Positions 40,790 through 54,230 of a DNA stretch of 64,000 nucleotides are shown in pieces. The stretch is from NCBI RefSeq assembly GCF_030144855.1, contig NC_082731.1, forward strand, positions 25,358,001-25,422,000. The letters run 5' to 3'. Source of the stretch: Hypanus sabinus (taxonomy: Eukaryota). The first letter of the stretch is position 1; each line of letters begins with the position of its first letter. Made by a program: the position numbers and the translations under genes. Under the pieces are notes generated by a model, which saw only the letters and a list, made by a program, of their open reading frames with translations, searched no databases and was not told the origin of the DNA.

Positions 40790-41390
40790 GAACAGTCTAA
40801 GAGGAGGTCATCACATCTACGGCTATAGGTTAACTGACTTTGGAACCTATTGTCTGAGTGTAATGTGGGCCTTATATTGTTCTGCTTTGATCACCGCAGT
40901 TGTCACAGTCCATTACTAAAAGTGTTCTTCTGTTCAGCTAAGGTAGCATTCAGTGGGAAAGAAATATTGTGCAGAATTTCCATGAATTTCCGTAAGATGT
41001 TTTGTTTACCACAGTCTCCATTGTGTCCAGTTGGAATTCAATCACGGAGTCAGCCTTTCTGATCTGTTTGTTGAGCCCGTTTTCACCGTTCGTGTAAACG
41101 TCATTGCCCCAGCATATCACAGCATAGAAGATCGTACTGGCGACAGTCATCTGTGAGAACAAATGGAGGAGATCGCCGTATGTCACAATGGACCGCAGTG
41201 TTCACAAGAAATAAGAACTACCCTGGATCTTCTTGTACACAGTATGTTTATTGGTTGTCCAGTCAAGTTTGTCATCGAGATGAATTCCCAGATACATGCA
41301 CATATATTATCCCCATAGCGGACAAGGTGCAGCTTCTTCTACATACTCTGAACTTCGTAATAATTGAATCACAACACTTATAGGATCACG
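40790..41390 (-). mobile_element. Rex1/Babar LINE 3' RT fragment
   Basis: LLHLFSQMTVASTIFYAVICWG...LNKQIRKADSVI..QLDTME matches the Rex1 tail FYQSVVASAIFFAVVCWG...LNKLIKKAGSVIG. Confidence 0.8.
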
Positions 41391-42368
41391 AATAGCATAT
41401 TTTATTAAATGGGGATTATCACTTTTATTGGAAAGAAAAACCCTCCGTAACGACCTGCCCTCTCTTTCCACAAGTTAATTCAATACTTTACAGCCGGATA
41501 CCATTGCCGTGTATTAATTCTGTGATAAGTGCCTACTTTAGAACCCTCTATTTCTCTTTGGATATGTAATTGTATTCAGTAAGACTAGGATGCCGATGTT
41601 TAACTGCAGCCGTTAAACAAACAAATAGTGAGGCATTATCCTAAGGGACGCAAGCAGTGTTCCTATGTATCACTTGTTTGGACGATAGGCGGCCTATGTC
41701 ACACAACCATCTATTAAACAGTTTCGCTCCAATACGCATCATGCCATATCTTCAAAAGCGACGTGGTCAAAGACTCTCCAGCTTTTTATCTGTCTTTATC
41801 CTCTCAGCTCGCTCATTCTCAGCTGAAATATTAGGGATCTTCGATGTCTCGAAGGTAGCTATTGCACAATACCCCACACACTTCTGATCATATTCTGATC
41901 CACGATAAATGTGGAAACGCGTGATCTCCAGTCTGGCCGATACGGTTTCGGACACGCAAGGGAGAGGAAGATTACCTCGAGGATTATATCGAAGGCTCCA
42001 CGCTAAGCACTTCCCCTTAATTGCCTCACCCAGCCAGACATCCCCATCTCCCAGCTAATAGTAGGATAATCGTCCCACCTGTTCATGGTTCGAGCAGGTT
42101 CGGGCTACTAACCACCACGGCGCGCAAAGTCTAATTTCTGTAGTTGTTTCAGATGAGAAGCGATCACTGCATTTTTATTATTCAAAGTTGCAACCCTGCT
42201 CTCAGCCATCATGAGTGATTCCTGCGGAATAATACAGCGCTGACTGAGATCCTCCAATTCAAATCTTAAGAATCTCTATCGTTTGATCTGGATATCGTAC
42301 GATCTCTGCAAATTGCCTGTCGGCATCCATCCACTTGTCATTTCTCCTAGAAAATCCAAACTACTTAA

Positions 42369-44756
42369 CCCTTATGGACTGATCATATTCTATACTTTTG
42401 CCGTATGCTCCGGGTCAATTTTCACCCGGACCAAAAATCCCCTCATAACAAGTGTCAATACCAAATTATGAACCAAAGGTCTTTGCAAAATGGATAAATA
42501 GCCTAACTGGCATTAGTAAATTGGTGATTAATATTAATTATTATTTCAGAGAGCAGGGTGTGTGCTGCTTAGCTGTTACACCATTCATTTTTGGAGAGAA
42601 AACATCTATTATCACACAATCTCATGTCCTAAGACATGAAAATCTAACGTCCATAATAGTTTAAATATATTTTATTATAACTGAGAATGGGAGGAATATT
42701 TTGGAACTTTAGTGTTAATTATATCATCTTGTATTACCATTTATTACCATCAAACACTGTCATGACTGGTATATCATAAAAAAAATCACATAACTACTGT
42801 TTAATTGAGACTATTAACTATTTATTCAACATTAACTAACATTTAAACAGCAAGCAGCAGAATAAAATGATTTTTTAGCAAAGTAATCACCGCATTCAAA
42901 GCATGGTAGGAAACCTTGCGTGTGTGGCCCTTGCGTATGTGTTTCGCAGATTTGCAGCAAGTTGTCCCTGTTTAGCTGGCCTTTTTTTGCATAACAAAAG
43001 TTGCACACCTTCTCTTCTGTCCCCTTGTGTTGGCTGCTTGTGGGACTTGTTGTTGATCAGGGTAAGGTTTACATCGCTGCACTTCCCTTACCACTGCTGC
43101 TAAGGCTGGTAACGTGGGGAACGTGGTGTGCCATTGCATAAATGGAGCCACAAGGGCTTTTCCAAGCTCCTCAAAAAAGCACCTCCTCCAGTTTCGCTTG
43201 CTTTCCCTCCAGGTAGGGTTTAGCTCACTTCATATGACAAACGCATATCAGGTCGATTTGCCAATAATGTCATGGAGTATGGCGAGAGACCAGTGTGCTG
43301 TTCTCCTCTTGCAGCTGTCTGAGCCCGTTACTTTATCAAGGTTTTTCACTCGCACAATAGCAATTTTCTTCTTTAGAAGCAGCTGGCCAAGCTCATGAGA
43401 TGCGAAGAAGTTGTCACAGGTCACGTTGTGTCCTGTTAGCGCTTCCATCAACTCGAACACGACGCACATGCCTTTGCTTTCTCCCCAGTGCTCCCCACCC
43501 ACCCTCCCGAATTCCCTATATATACCTGCATATTCCAAACATAACTAGAACGTGCTTCACAGTTCTGCCCATAACTGTATTCCTGGCTTGATAGGCATGT
43601 ACTGCCGGAAAGGACGGCGACCTGCAAAAATACAAATATCGCAAAAATCATTTGATATCACAAACAATAGAATGTGTGTATTGAAGCAGTGTTTAACTGG
43701 TCTAACAGTAAAAGGGCAGGCATTTCTTATCTCTGAATTTAACCAGTCTTTGATCCACTTTGACCTCAGAACCAGGATTGTGCATGAGATGCAGCCGTTC
43801 CACTCACTTTCCCCAGACATCACTAATTGCTGCCAGTTTGTCAGTGACACGCTGCGCTGGTCCTGACTCATGGTTGTCAAATCTGAGTACCGCCGAAATG
43901 GAACGGAACATTTCCAGTGACATGCTGGCACGAAAAATAGTAATATCAGAACAGCTAGTATTAGAAACTCTATGTCGGCATGTAGGTCAATCAAATCCAT
44001 GGTCATTCATTTTTGACCATACACTTTAATCCCCACCATGCTGGTCATTTCAATGATATTCTTATTCAATCCTGGAGGGATGAAGAGAAGGAAAGTTGAG
44101 AAATTGTCGGATACATGGGAAGTAGACAGTCTTGTGGAACCTGAATTTATTTGAATAACATTTTCCGCTGCCATCCTGCCTGCAACCTGATATGGAAGTG
44201 AGCACCGATTCATTGTGTTGTCCTTGGACATGAATGTCTCTCTTGCTGCCTGCTCCTATCTCTCAGTCATCTTTATCTGAGGGTCTGTAATCAATGTTTT
44301 CCTTCCAGTTTTCCTCTTGCCCGGACACTTCCTCATTCAAATCACTGTCTGCTTGCTCATCTTGGAAGACCAAATCAATGACCTCCTGGACAGTAAGTCT
44401 TACTGGCATAGCCTCAGTCACTGAAATGGCAGCTCAGGTACCTTTATAGTCCTAAGAGCCCCCCCCCACCCCCACAACCGCTCTTTTGATCTCTGTTGAT
44501 TAGCTGGGTGTTTGTGCATGCAGCTGCACATCTCGCGACAGTTTCAAGGCACCCTATGATTTCTGTCAGGAAAGGTCATTTGACCCGGAACAGCTTCAAT
44601 GTACTAAGATTTGTCGCATCTGTACAAAAATATTTTCTCTTTAGGAAAAGTCATCAAACTTCGACTAGAAAGAAGAAAAAAAACAAACATTTACAGTATT
44701 TTTATCCTTGCCGAATGTCAAAACGGGTCAAATTTCACCCGAAAAGTATGAATGGG
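42369..44756 (-). mobile_element. piggyBac DNA transposon (PGBD4-like), decayed
   Basis: TTAA|CCC left end (42365-42371) and GGG|TAAA right end (44754-44760), with subterminal CGGGTCAA.TTTCACCCG motifs at both ends. Transposase pieces from ATG 44409 include FRQYMPIKP, SSYVWNMQVY, GHNVTCDNFF and a Cys-rich C-terminus near 42.9-43.0 kb. Confidence 0.88.
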
Positions 44757-45934
44757 TAAAGTATGAAAACACCGTGCACTTTCAACCGCGGCTCCAAAAT
44801 ATGATGCTGCATCTGGTTTGTGGTTCGGTAAAGTGAGACGAAAAATTGTTACTGCGGAAAAGGGTATTGATCATTCATGTAAGAACAGTAAATATTCGTG
44901 TTCGGCAATTACAGGCACTAGAAAGCTCAGAAATGGACCACGTGCATTCAAAAGAAAAACAAAATACATGTTCTGTTAAAAGAGCGGGCAGTGCATACAT
45001 ATCCAATCGTCATATGCACCGCTGGCTTTAAACAAAGGGGGAGAAAGGAACCTCCCACATATGACTTCTATATACCCAGAATGTTTGAAGCGGACACCAG
45101 GCTGTTAACCATTCGGAAAGCAGCTGTAGTCTGAACTAACCAATTAGTAGAAATTGACTGTCATCGGTCAGAAAAAGTCATGCCCAACAGGACAACGATT
45201 ATCTATTTGCAGCAATTGCCCCGCGGGGATTACCAACACTGGAATTCCACAAATTCTCAGTCACCATTCTCTGTATTTTACCAAATGTATTGTTCAGCTG
45301 TAGCAGAAAAATAAATAGGAGCAAATTTCATCACATATGCGAATGATGATAATCCTGATTCTGGATATGGATCTTTAATTTGTATTTAGTGTTGTGCGTG
45401 CACAAAGAGTAAGGGAGGGTGGTTGGGAAAAAGAGGGAAGGGGCAAGCTGGACGAGGGAAACACATTATAGAGCTTATTTAATGACTAATAAAAGCACTG
45501 TTTGGAAGCAGATTACCTTGTTTCGTGTCTCAGCACTGGGTGTAGCTCTACGTGCAACTTCTGAACTCCCACTCATAACTGGCCTGCATATCGATGAAAC
45601 AAGCATATATATGGATCATTTGCTGTTTACTTACTGAACATGTGTAGTTCAGGGCCTTCATGCTGGTGTGCAGGTACGGACGCCGGCTTGACAACGTCCT
45701 GCAAATATTTGGATCGAACATCCACAATTGAATGGTGTAGTTTGTGAATCCGACTCATTACCCAGACATTTCTCTCTTATATAAGTCGGTACAATTTATC
45801 AGTAATATATCGCTCCACAGTCATTGGAAGCAGGGTGATGCTGCAGTCTTTTCTGCTGACGTAATATCAGTCGCTTAATAGTACGCTGGTTACGCCCGTT
45901 ATATCAGGACATTTATTGACAGAGTAGAGTGTTC

Positions 45935-46938
45935 TGTTAGGTACCCCGTAACTGGGTGTCTAACCAGCCGAGAAAGAAGAATCAGTTGGAATCTGATGGC
46001 ACTATATTTAAAGGGGTTTATTAATGAAAATAAGCAAAACCATATCAATAATGCAAATATACATATAACACAAGGTAGCAGTAACAAAATTAAAAGTGTA
46101 GGAATAATAATAATAATCAAAAATAAACAAGCTCTATCAATGCCTACGGGTAAAGAAATTGCAATAGAATATAAAGTTCAGTTCAGTTCATCAGTGCTGA
46201 GGTAGTTATGCTTGTTGANNNNNNNNNNNNNNNNNNNNNNNNNNNNNNNNNNNNNNNNNNNNNNNNNNNNNNNNNNNNNNNNNNNNNNNNNNNNNNNNNN
46301 NNNNNNNNNNNNNNNNNNNNNNNNNNNNNNNNNNNNNNNNNNNNNNNNNACTTCATTTGCATTCTTAATCCGTCGTATTCTGGTCATTCAGTTATGATCC
46401 CTCTGATCTTCAGGCAGACCGTTCTTCTGTGGTGGCCTCGTCACTCTGGCATGAGTGGACCCACACTCAAGTCCTCCCCGGCCCTGATTTTACACTGACA
46501 GCCTTAAGGATCATCACCTGGTTCAGTCTCCGAAGCTCCCACCTTTATTGTGGGTTCCAACACTCAATCAGTGTCCACTGGCGTGTCCGGAGGGTGTCTC
46601 TCCAGACCTGTATTTTTATCCCTGCTAACGGGGAGTCAGCTATCCATCAATCCTGAACGACTGTGTCCATCAATTCCGGCCGCTCCTTCAGTCCACTGAG
46701 GAATGTTTATGAGGAAACTATTGTCCTTGCAGCGAAGCAGTAAATAATTCAAAAGGGACTCACAATACAGTTAATCAGCAATTTACCTCTCTGTCTTATC
46801 TGTCGCAGATATTCTTGTCTGTTTTTCGTCTCTCTTTCCCATGGGCTGCATAGCAGCAGTAATAGTTCATGTTTCTCAGGGGGAAGATGGTTAACTCTGT
46901 AACCCATTGCCCATCAGGTCTGTTCATCGCTCATAACA
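45935..46938 (-). mobile_element. Solo LTR with 4-bp target-site duplication
   Basis: TGTTA...TAACA termini flanked by GTTC on both sides (45931-45934 and 46939-46942). AATAAA on minus near 46020. Contains a 131-N gap. Confidence 0.85.
46219..46349. other. Assembly gap (131 N)
   Basis: Run of N. Confidence 1.
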
Positions 46939-48574
46939 GTTCCCAGCTTCGCTTTACATACCCGAAAGTGTTAGTTGTGTTATACACTACCCAAGTAGTT
47001 CGTAAATCATTGATGACTTATTTGTTGCTAGTACCTTTTGAAGACAGAATGAAGTATGAGTAGTGCCATCATATTGGATTTAAAAGTAGAAGAAACTGAT
47101 ACTGTTATACAATAACAAAGAAACATATCTTGTTTCGGCAACAGAAACAACTATCGTGATTTCTTTTGGTCAAATTGTCAGATTGCAACAGGGTACGAGA
47201 TGCGATAGAGGGTGGAGCAGTTTAAGAAAATAAATTACTCTCGATTTTGTGCAAAAAAAAAGTAGCATTCCCAAACAGAACGCCATTTGACAGATTTGCG
47301 GAAGCAGCCCTAGAATCAGTTTGAAAGAATCTTGTTTATTTTTTCTGGTTTAAATATCAGGGGACGCAGTTCAAAATTGCCTACACCGCTTAATAGGTCT
47401 GTTTCCAGTTGTACCGCCGGCTCTTTATGCGTTCGTGTTAGTGCTCACCAGAGTATCTTTTCAGCCAGCAAATCAAAACGAAATTGTGAACATGAATAAA
47501 TGCTCGTCGTTTTCCCATGATTTCTGCTCTGCTATTTGGTACTCCACCATTGGAATGTCACATAACACTTATTTTACCTTGTCCACTCACAGCGTGGCCA
47601 TTGAAACTGCAAAAATAGTTCTATTAAAACTGTCAAACTGTCAGCTTACTGCGGCAATCTATGGTCATAATCCTTTGATCTTTGCGAACACCTTTAAAAT
47701 AGATTAGTTAGAATGTTCCTGCTGATCTAACCAACTACTTATTCATGGTTGTACCCCCGGTTTCCATAAAAGTCCAGTGCCAGAGTTCCCAACCTGTTTT
47801 ATGACATGAAACAGCAACATTGATCAAACCCTCCAGATTGGGTACATCAGTTCCAGGGTTCTGAGTGAAACATTTTGTCATTATAAATTGTCATTCTAAG
47901 GAAGATGTAATATCACTCTCTAGTATCACTTCAACGATATTTTTAACCGACAGGTCAATCTGAAGAGCAGCAATTTCTTGTCGGTGTTAAAAGTACTCAT
48001 ATTACATCACTATGAATAGCAATCTCATAGCAACTTCTTAATTTGGAAATATTGTTCTCCCGGCGCTGTGTCAAGTAAGGTCTCTGGAAGGACTGGATCT
48101 AATACTGAACTTGATAATATATTCTCGCCAAACACATTTCCGGTGCGTTCAGCATCCAGGGAATTTCTCATATAGTTATAGTGGTGTTTGAATGTCTGTA
48201 AACACTGTGGGTATTTTTGTTTTTATGCCTGAATAAACTTGATTGAAGAAGTGATCGGATCTTCACGCGTCCAAAGACTAAATAGAAAGAACCACATTAA
48301 ATAAATAGCATCAATCTCTGTGGTACTGACGTCCACAAAAGCTAATTTCGATCAGGGGTTCCAATCAATCAGATGGAACTGGAGGTATGGGTGGCAGAAG
48401 TGTCCTATTGTGCTGTCCTATAAAATGACATATAAAAGCAGGTAATGACGGAGATTGCTTTTCTCCGGAAAAAATATGCTTTTGTGCATCATGCCTTGAT
48501 AAAAAAACAAACGATAAAAAATAAATTTCGAGGAGGTTAGCAGAAGGATTATGGAGGTGCATGAGGTGCATTAG

Positions 48575-49215
48575 AAAATGTATTTCTAAAGACCTGAGAC
48601 CTGAGGTTCATCAGTCCTCAGCAAAAGGAGGCAAATAAGTACTGTTGCTCCTTTCCCTCGGAGTGGATATCCTGCAAAGTTCATACGAAGAGTTAATGGG
48701 TAATGCTGAAGGAGCTGGAAAGAATCCAAAAGTAGCAACAAAATAGTTGCAAATATTACTATGCCTTGTTAAAATCTCTGTTGACGAGCCACAATAAAAA
48801 AAACACTGAATAAGGTCACCACGGAGGAAACTACTTCTCTCCAAAAAATAAAAAATAAAATGAACAACTTTGATGCACGTCTCAACTCTGCGAGAGGACA
48901 CCTGGATGTTCTACAACGCCCTGGAACGATGTTCTGTGTAGAGGTCAGACATTGCTATATTTGGAAGATAAGGACACTGCAAACCAAGAGCAAAGCCTCA
49001 CCTCAACCGTGAAGCATGGTGGACGGACTATCATGGCTTTGGGCTGGTTTGCTGCGTCGAAATCTGGAGAGCTTACAACATTTTAAGGGGAAAACGATTT
49101 AAAATTATATCACGACATTTTACAGGAGAATATCAGAGTATGTCAGAAAATATGAGAATATCAGTGCACCATAGAAAGATTAATAGGTCGATTGATCCGA
49201 CAAATAAGCGTAAAT
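48575..49215 (+). mobile_element. Tc1/mariner transposase remnant
   Basis: Degenerate frames resembling LPRSG.PAK, KLLLSKK, TVKHGGRTIMALGWFAAS and YHDILQEN of Tc1 transposases. Confidence 0.75.
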
Positions 49216-51128
49216 CAGCATCAGAATCATTTTAAAAGAAGATTCTATCCGAATCACTTTTCCCTTCTCCACCTTTTGTGTCCCGGAGAAAATATCTGTT
49301 TTGGCGAAATCTATTTGACCTGAAATTTTATCTAATTTCACAGACCCTGCGAAATTTTCTGAGAATTCCCAGTTCTTATTGACTATATATTTGTATTATT
49401 CTGATTTACGATGCCCGATTTGTGGCTAATATCCAATCATAATGTGTTACTGTTTATCGATCTTCTACTTGAATGAAGCTCTCCTTATCAATCTTACTTC
49501 ATTTGTTTGCAGAAAAAACCTTCGGATGAAATGGAATTAGTCAGGTCGCGTTTAATCCTGTCCAAAAATACTACGGGAATTTTTTTTTCTCATGCAGATA
49601 AATGCGTCGTGGGTTTTGTCAAGAAACAATAATCTGATAGAACAGGACCGAAAGCTCCTTGTATTTAACAGACAACAAAGGAACTGAACTTTTTAGCATG
49701 TTGTTTCATCACTTAACAATGATGCTGTTTTATCAGTTAACAATGAAGCAATCAACACAGACCCCAGATATATTTGAACATCTAACGTTATATTCTGTGA
49801 TTGACTGAATGGTATTCGTTCTCATCCAATCACCGGGTCTATTATGTAACTTCAAAATTGCCACTGGTTTTCATAAACTGCACACTTATTGATCTAATTT
49901 ATTTAGTTTCTTGCGAATGACCAATATCATCAATTTTAGTTAAAATGCTGCCTCGTAATGCAGCTCTTCAATGCTGCCTCAATTCTTTCTCTGACCACGT
50001 GGATCACGGCGTGGTACTCTGATTTCTTCTTACTATCAACAGATGAGTGGATAGGTCGGTTAATTGGCTTCTTTAAATCGCCCTCCATATTTAAGTGTGT
50101 TTATATTTTGATAATAGTTGAGAGACGAAAATGATTTAAAAGTATTATTGCGAACACTGCTAGAGAGATGGTATAGACACCGGGACGGAGGTACAGTTTC
50201 TATACTGCAAGCCCAGGTCTGTGATTTACCCATACAGGAGCACAATCTTTTGAACTGCCTCCAGTTTCTCTGTTTCTTTTGTTGAAAGGGAGGACGACCA
50301 TAGTCCGCTCTGCTTCTGATGTCCCCTCAAGACTAGCTCTTTTTGAGCAGAAAAAAAATTCTTCGCGTTCATTGCTTCACTTATCCAATAAATTGCAAAA
50401 CGGCACCAGCGGAAGAAATGCATGTAACACACAAGATGGCCTAGAGCACGGCAAGCTGCAGAAATCGGTTGAAGCATCAGTGGGCCATCGATCAATGCGT
50501 TTGAGACTTTGTTACCGAGAGAGGTTCCGGGACTACACAGCAGCATCGGGAACAGCAGAAGAGGAAACGTTTAGGTTTAGCCGCCAGAGAAACTGTATGT
50601 TAATTTGGAAAATAGAACAAGATAGAAAGAAGTACATTGCTTGGTATCAGGCCTAATGGAAATTTTTTGTACCTTTAAGAAAACAAAATAAAATTTTCTG
50701 AAAAATATCTCGCGCAGACGTATTTTCATTAAATTCCACAGTCATTCTACCTTCAACAACCTAAATTATTCAATGCATTTATGTATGAAAATACAGATTC
50801 ATCTTCAGTTTCTTGAATGGTGATCACTTACCATCGAATTGAATGGGCATTTCTGGAAGGCTCCACTATGGGTTAGTCATGCTGGAGAGGAATAAAACTA
50901 CTCTTCAGAACAGGAAAATTCTTAAGTGAGAACTAGAAGTTACCAGTTAATTACTGAAATACTGTGCCAATGCTGCTAAATGAATAGTTACAGAGTTATG
51001 CATCATATCTTAGTACTTCCAAGACCATACAATAGCATATGGCTATCACTGATTCAAAAATTAATAGTTTTCTGCTTATAACATTCTTGTCATCATGGGG
51101 TAGTTCTGCACACATATGCACGAGTTCA

Positions 51129-51200
51129 GGCGCGGTGGCCAAGTGGTAAGGCGTCGGTCTCGTAAACCGAAGATCGCGGGTTCAAATCCCGTCCGTGCCT
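51129..51200 (+). tRNA. tRNA-Thr(CGT): tRNA-Thr (anticodon CGT)
   Basis: 72 nt: acceptor stem GGCGCGG/CCGTGCC, A box TGGCCAAGTGG, anticodon arm TCGGT-CTCGTAA-ACCGA, T arm GCGGG-TTCAAAT-CCCGT. Nearly identical to vertebrate Thr-CGT genes as I recall them. Confidence 0.96.
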
Positions 51201-51889
51201 AAACGTATTCGTTAACCTCTAGCTGTTGGTCGCCGATAAAACCTTGGGTTCTGTTGTATTAGTAATATACCTCGAGCGTTGCTTTTACGTTGATTTTTTT
51301 TTCTCCTCCCGGTACGATAACCATGGTCTTTGGCGGAAAATGGTTTATTGCATTGTAATTCAGCATGATAACTCGAGTAATGTTCACGTGGTTTTCCATG
51401 CTATTAGAATAACCGCGATATATATTGGAAGAGAGCAAAACCGAGGAAGACAACATGAAACTAATTAGCAGCATGAGTGACATTGCAACGAATCAGTGAA
51501 CTGGGCTGGAGAGAGTGCTACTTTGTCCACATACGATTGCACAGAAGATTACGACGGCAATCATTCGCGCAGTTCTCCCGGAGTTGAGTGCCACCGATGA
51601 CTGAGCAAGATTCATTTGAAAATGCGGATAAACATAAGGCAGGTAGAAGCCGATCGGATATTATTCTGAGTGGTCCAGTATTGCGGCTTATCAGGCAAGC
51701 TTAGTCGAAGTCAGGCTTGATCCTGGTAAGTACCAGGTAACGTTTCTTTTTTTGTTCATTCATGTAACGAAACCCAATTTCCCTAGGGATCAATAAAGTC
51801 TGTCTGTCATTCCATGTCAGTTAGTGCATTCAGAATGGCAAAGGCTCGGTGTTTACTTCTCTGTGTAAGATATAGGAATTCAGGAAAAC

Positions 51890-54230
51890 CACTAGCTAGC
51901 TGGATGAGCACCAGGTGCACCGAGCTGCAGCTCGTCAGAGAAAGAATGGTTGATGGATCTGCAGCTTGATGAACTTGCATTATGGGAGAATGAGGAACTA
52001 CAGGGAAGTATTCATCACTGTGTTGCAGTAGACAGTTAACTGGGTAACTGTCAGGCAGGGAAGGGGGATGTGCAGCTAGTGCAGTATTCCCTTTTGGCCG
52101 TTTGTCTCAATAATAAACCCACGGCATTTCAGAATGGAGCTGCAATGATCGAGTCTCGCGCAGTCAGTCGGTAGAGAACAGAGAAACGAGAACTGCAACG
52201 GTGACGGGAGATTTTATCTTCAATCGGGGAATAGAGGCGATTTTCTGTGGGAACAATAGACAGGTCCGGTTGGATATCTCGGTTCTGGTCCACGATACTT
52301 TAAGAGGAATTGGAAGCAGTCAGATTACATGATACATGTTAGCACCAAGCAGATCGTAAGGCAAGTGGGTCCTGCAGAGGTATTTTAGAAAATTGTGTAG
52401 AAAGTTGAAACACATCACTTCCAGGGTAATCTTTGTATTACTGTCCGTGCCACATGTTAGTTATGGTAAAGATTTGACAATTTACTAACCCTTCCCTACA
52501 GTTCATTTGTATAGATCATGAAGTGCAGATGTCCCAGAAGAGATCCGTGAAGCACACCACTGGCGACTGACCTCCATGTCGAATATGACCCGTCTGCAAC
52601 CACACATTGCCTTCCGTGGAAAAAGCAGTTCGAGATCCACAAAGCAATGTCCTTTTTTGTTCCATACTCCCTTACTTTCTCCAGAAGCCTGGCATGAGGT
52701 ACCTCTTGAAATGACTTGATGAAATCCCTATACACTATATCTACCGCTTTACATTCATGAATGAGTTCTGTCACATCCTCAAAAAATTCAGTCAGTATTC
52801 TACGGCACGAACTGCCTTTGGCAAAGCAATGCTGACTCTTTCTAATTATATGTCTCTCCAAATGTTCAAAAATCCTGCGTCTCACAATCTCCACCATCAA
52901 CTTACCAAACACCGAAGTAAGAATCTCTGGTCTCTACTCGCTTTCCTGAAAAATGGAACAACATCCGCAACCCTCCAATCCTCTGGAATCTCTCCCGTCC
53001 TCTTTGACGATGTAAAGATCGAACCTGGGATAAACGTCCTCTGTCCCCTGTGACGTATCAAATTTGATACGTGGATATGTGTATTCCAAAAGCTCCAATA
53101 CATCCTCTTTCTTAATATCTACACGCACAAGCTTTTCAGTTCACTATAAGTCATGCCTAAAATCGAAAAGATCCTTTCCCGTAGTGTATACTGAAGCAAA
53201 GTCTCATTCAGAACTTCTGCTATCTCCTCCGTTTCCATTCACGTTTTTCCACTGTCACACATGATTGGTCGTATTCTCCCACGTCTTATATGCTTGATCG
53301 TCACATATCTGTTGAAAGTCTTCGGGTTTTCCTTAATCCTGTCCGCCGATGCCTTCTCAAGTCCCTTTCTGTCTTTATGAATATTTTCCTAAAGCTCCTT
53401 CTTCCTAGTTTTATAATCATTTAGATCTCTATCATTGTTTTTTTTTAACCATTCATGAACTTTATTTTCTTTCTGATCTGATTTACATTTGCAAACCTCG
53501 GTTCCAATAACCTTTCCCTGTCTCACTGGAAAGTACTTAAGAAAATTCGAGGCAAATAACCCCTGAACGTTTGCCACATTTCATCCGTACATTTGCCTGA
53601 TGACATCTTTTCTCAATGTCTGCGTCCAAGTTCCAGTCTGATAGCATCATATTTCCCGTTACTCCAGTTAAACGCTTTCCTAACGTTCTGTTCCTTTCTC
53701 TTTCAAATGCTGTAGTAAGGGAGATAGAATTGTCCTCAATATCTCCAAAATACACTCCCACTGACAGTTCTGACACCCGACCAAGTTAATTTCCCAATGT
53801 CAAATCTTCGAAAGCTTAAAAAGATCAGGGCTGTATTCTTTAGAACGTGGACCTTTGAGTGGACATTTGATAGAGATATAAAAATATGTTGGGGAACAGA
53901 CAGTAAAATTCAAACAGGCGTTTCCGACGAGGTGTGGTGAGACGACAACCAGAGGTCATGGATTATGTTTGAAAGGTGAGACATTTAAGAAAAACAAGAG
54001 TAGGAAAGCCTTAGAGGGACGAAAATGTGTTGAATGAGCTGACAGAGCAAATGGCCCACGCGAGCTCCATTTTCACCGTTTAAAAGTAGTTTCTATCGCT
54101 ACGTGTGTAGTTGGAATATGGAGGGCTTTAGTGCCGGTGCAGCACGTTAGGGATAGAGAGTTTAAATCGCCTTCTGAATGGACTATATTGGCGGGGGCAC
54201 GTTTCTCTGCTGTCCTTTTGTATGACTTTA
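51890..54230. mobile_element. CR1 pieces in +/-/+ orientation (ORF1 + at ~51890-52480; ORF2 - at ~52490-53810; 3' end + at ~53830-54230)
   Basis: The central minus-strand frames carry IPEDWRVADVVPFFRK and QHCFAKGSSC...FQEVPHARL...VLHGSLLGHLHF. The flanking pieces match CR1 ORF1 and the 3' UTR on plus. Confidence 0.7.

Noticed and set aside
15794-46498. ORFs in the track containing long X runs
   Set aside because: Artefacts of the three N gaps.
48183-48209. J-type RSS-like GGTGTTTGA...CACTGTG
   Set aside because: The spacer is 11 bp, and no FGXG J motif or splice donor follows.
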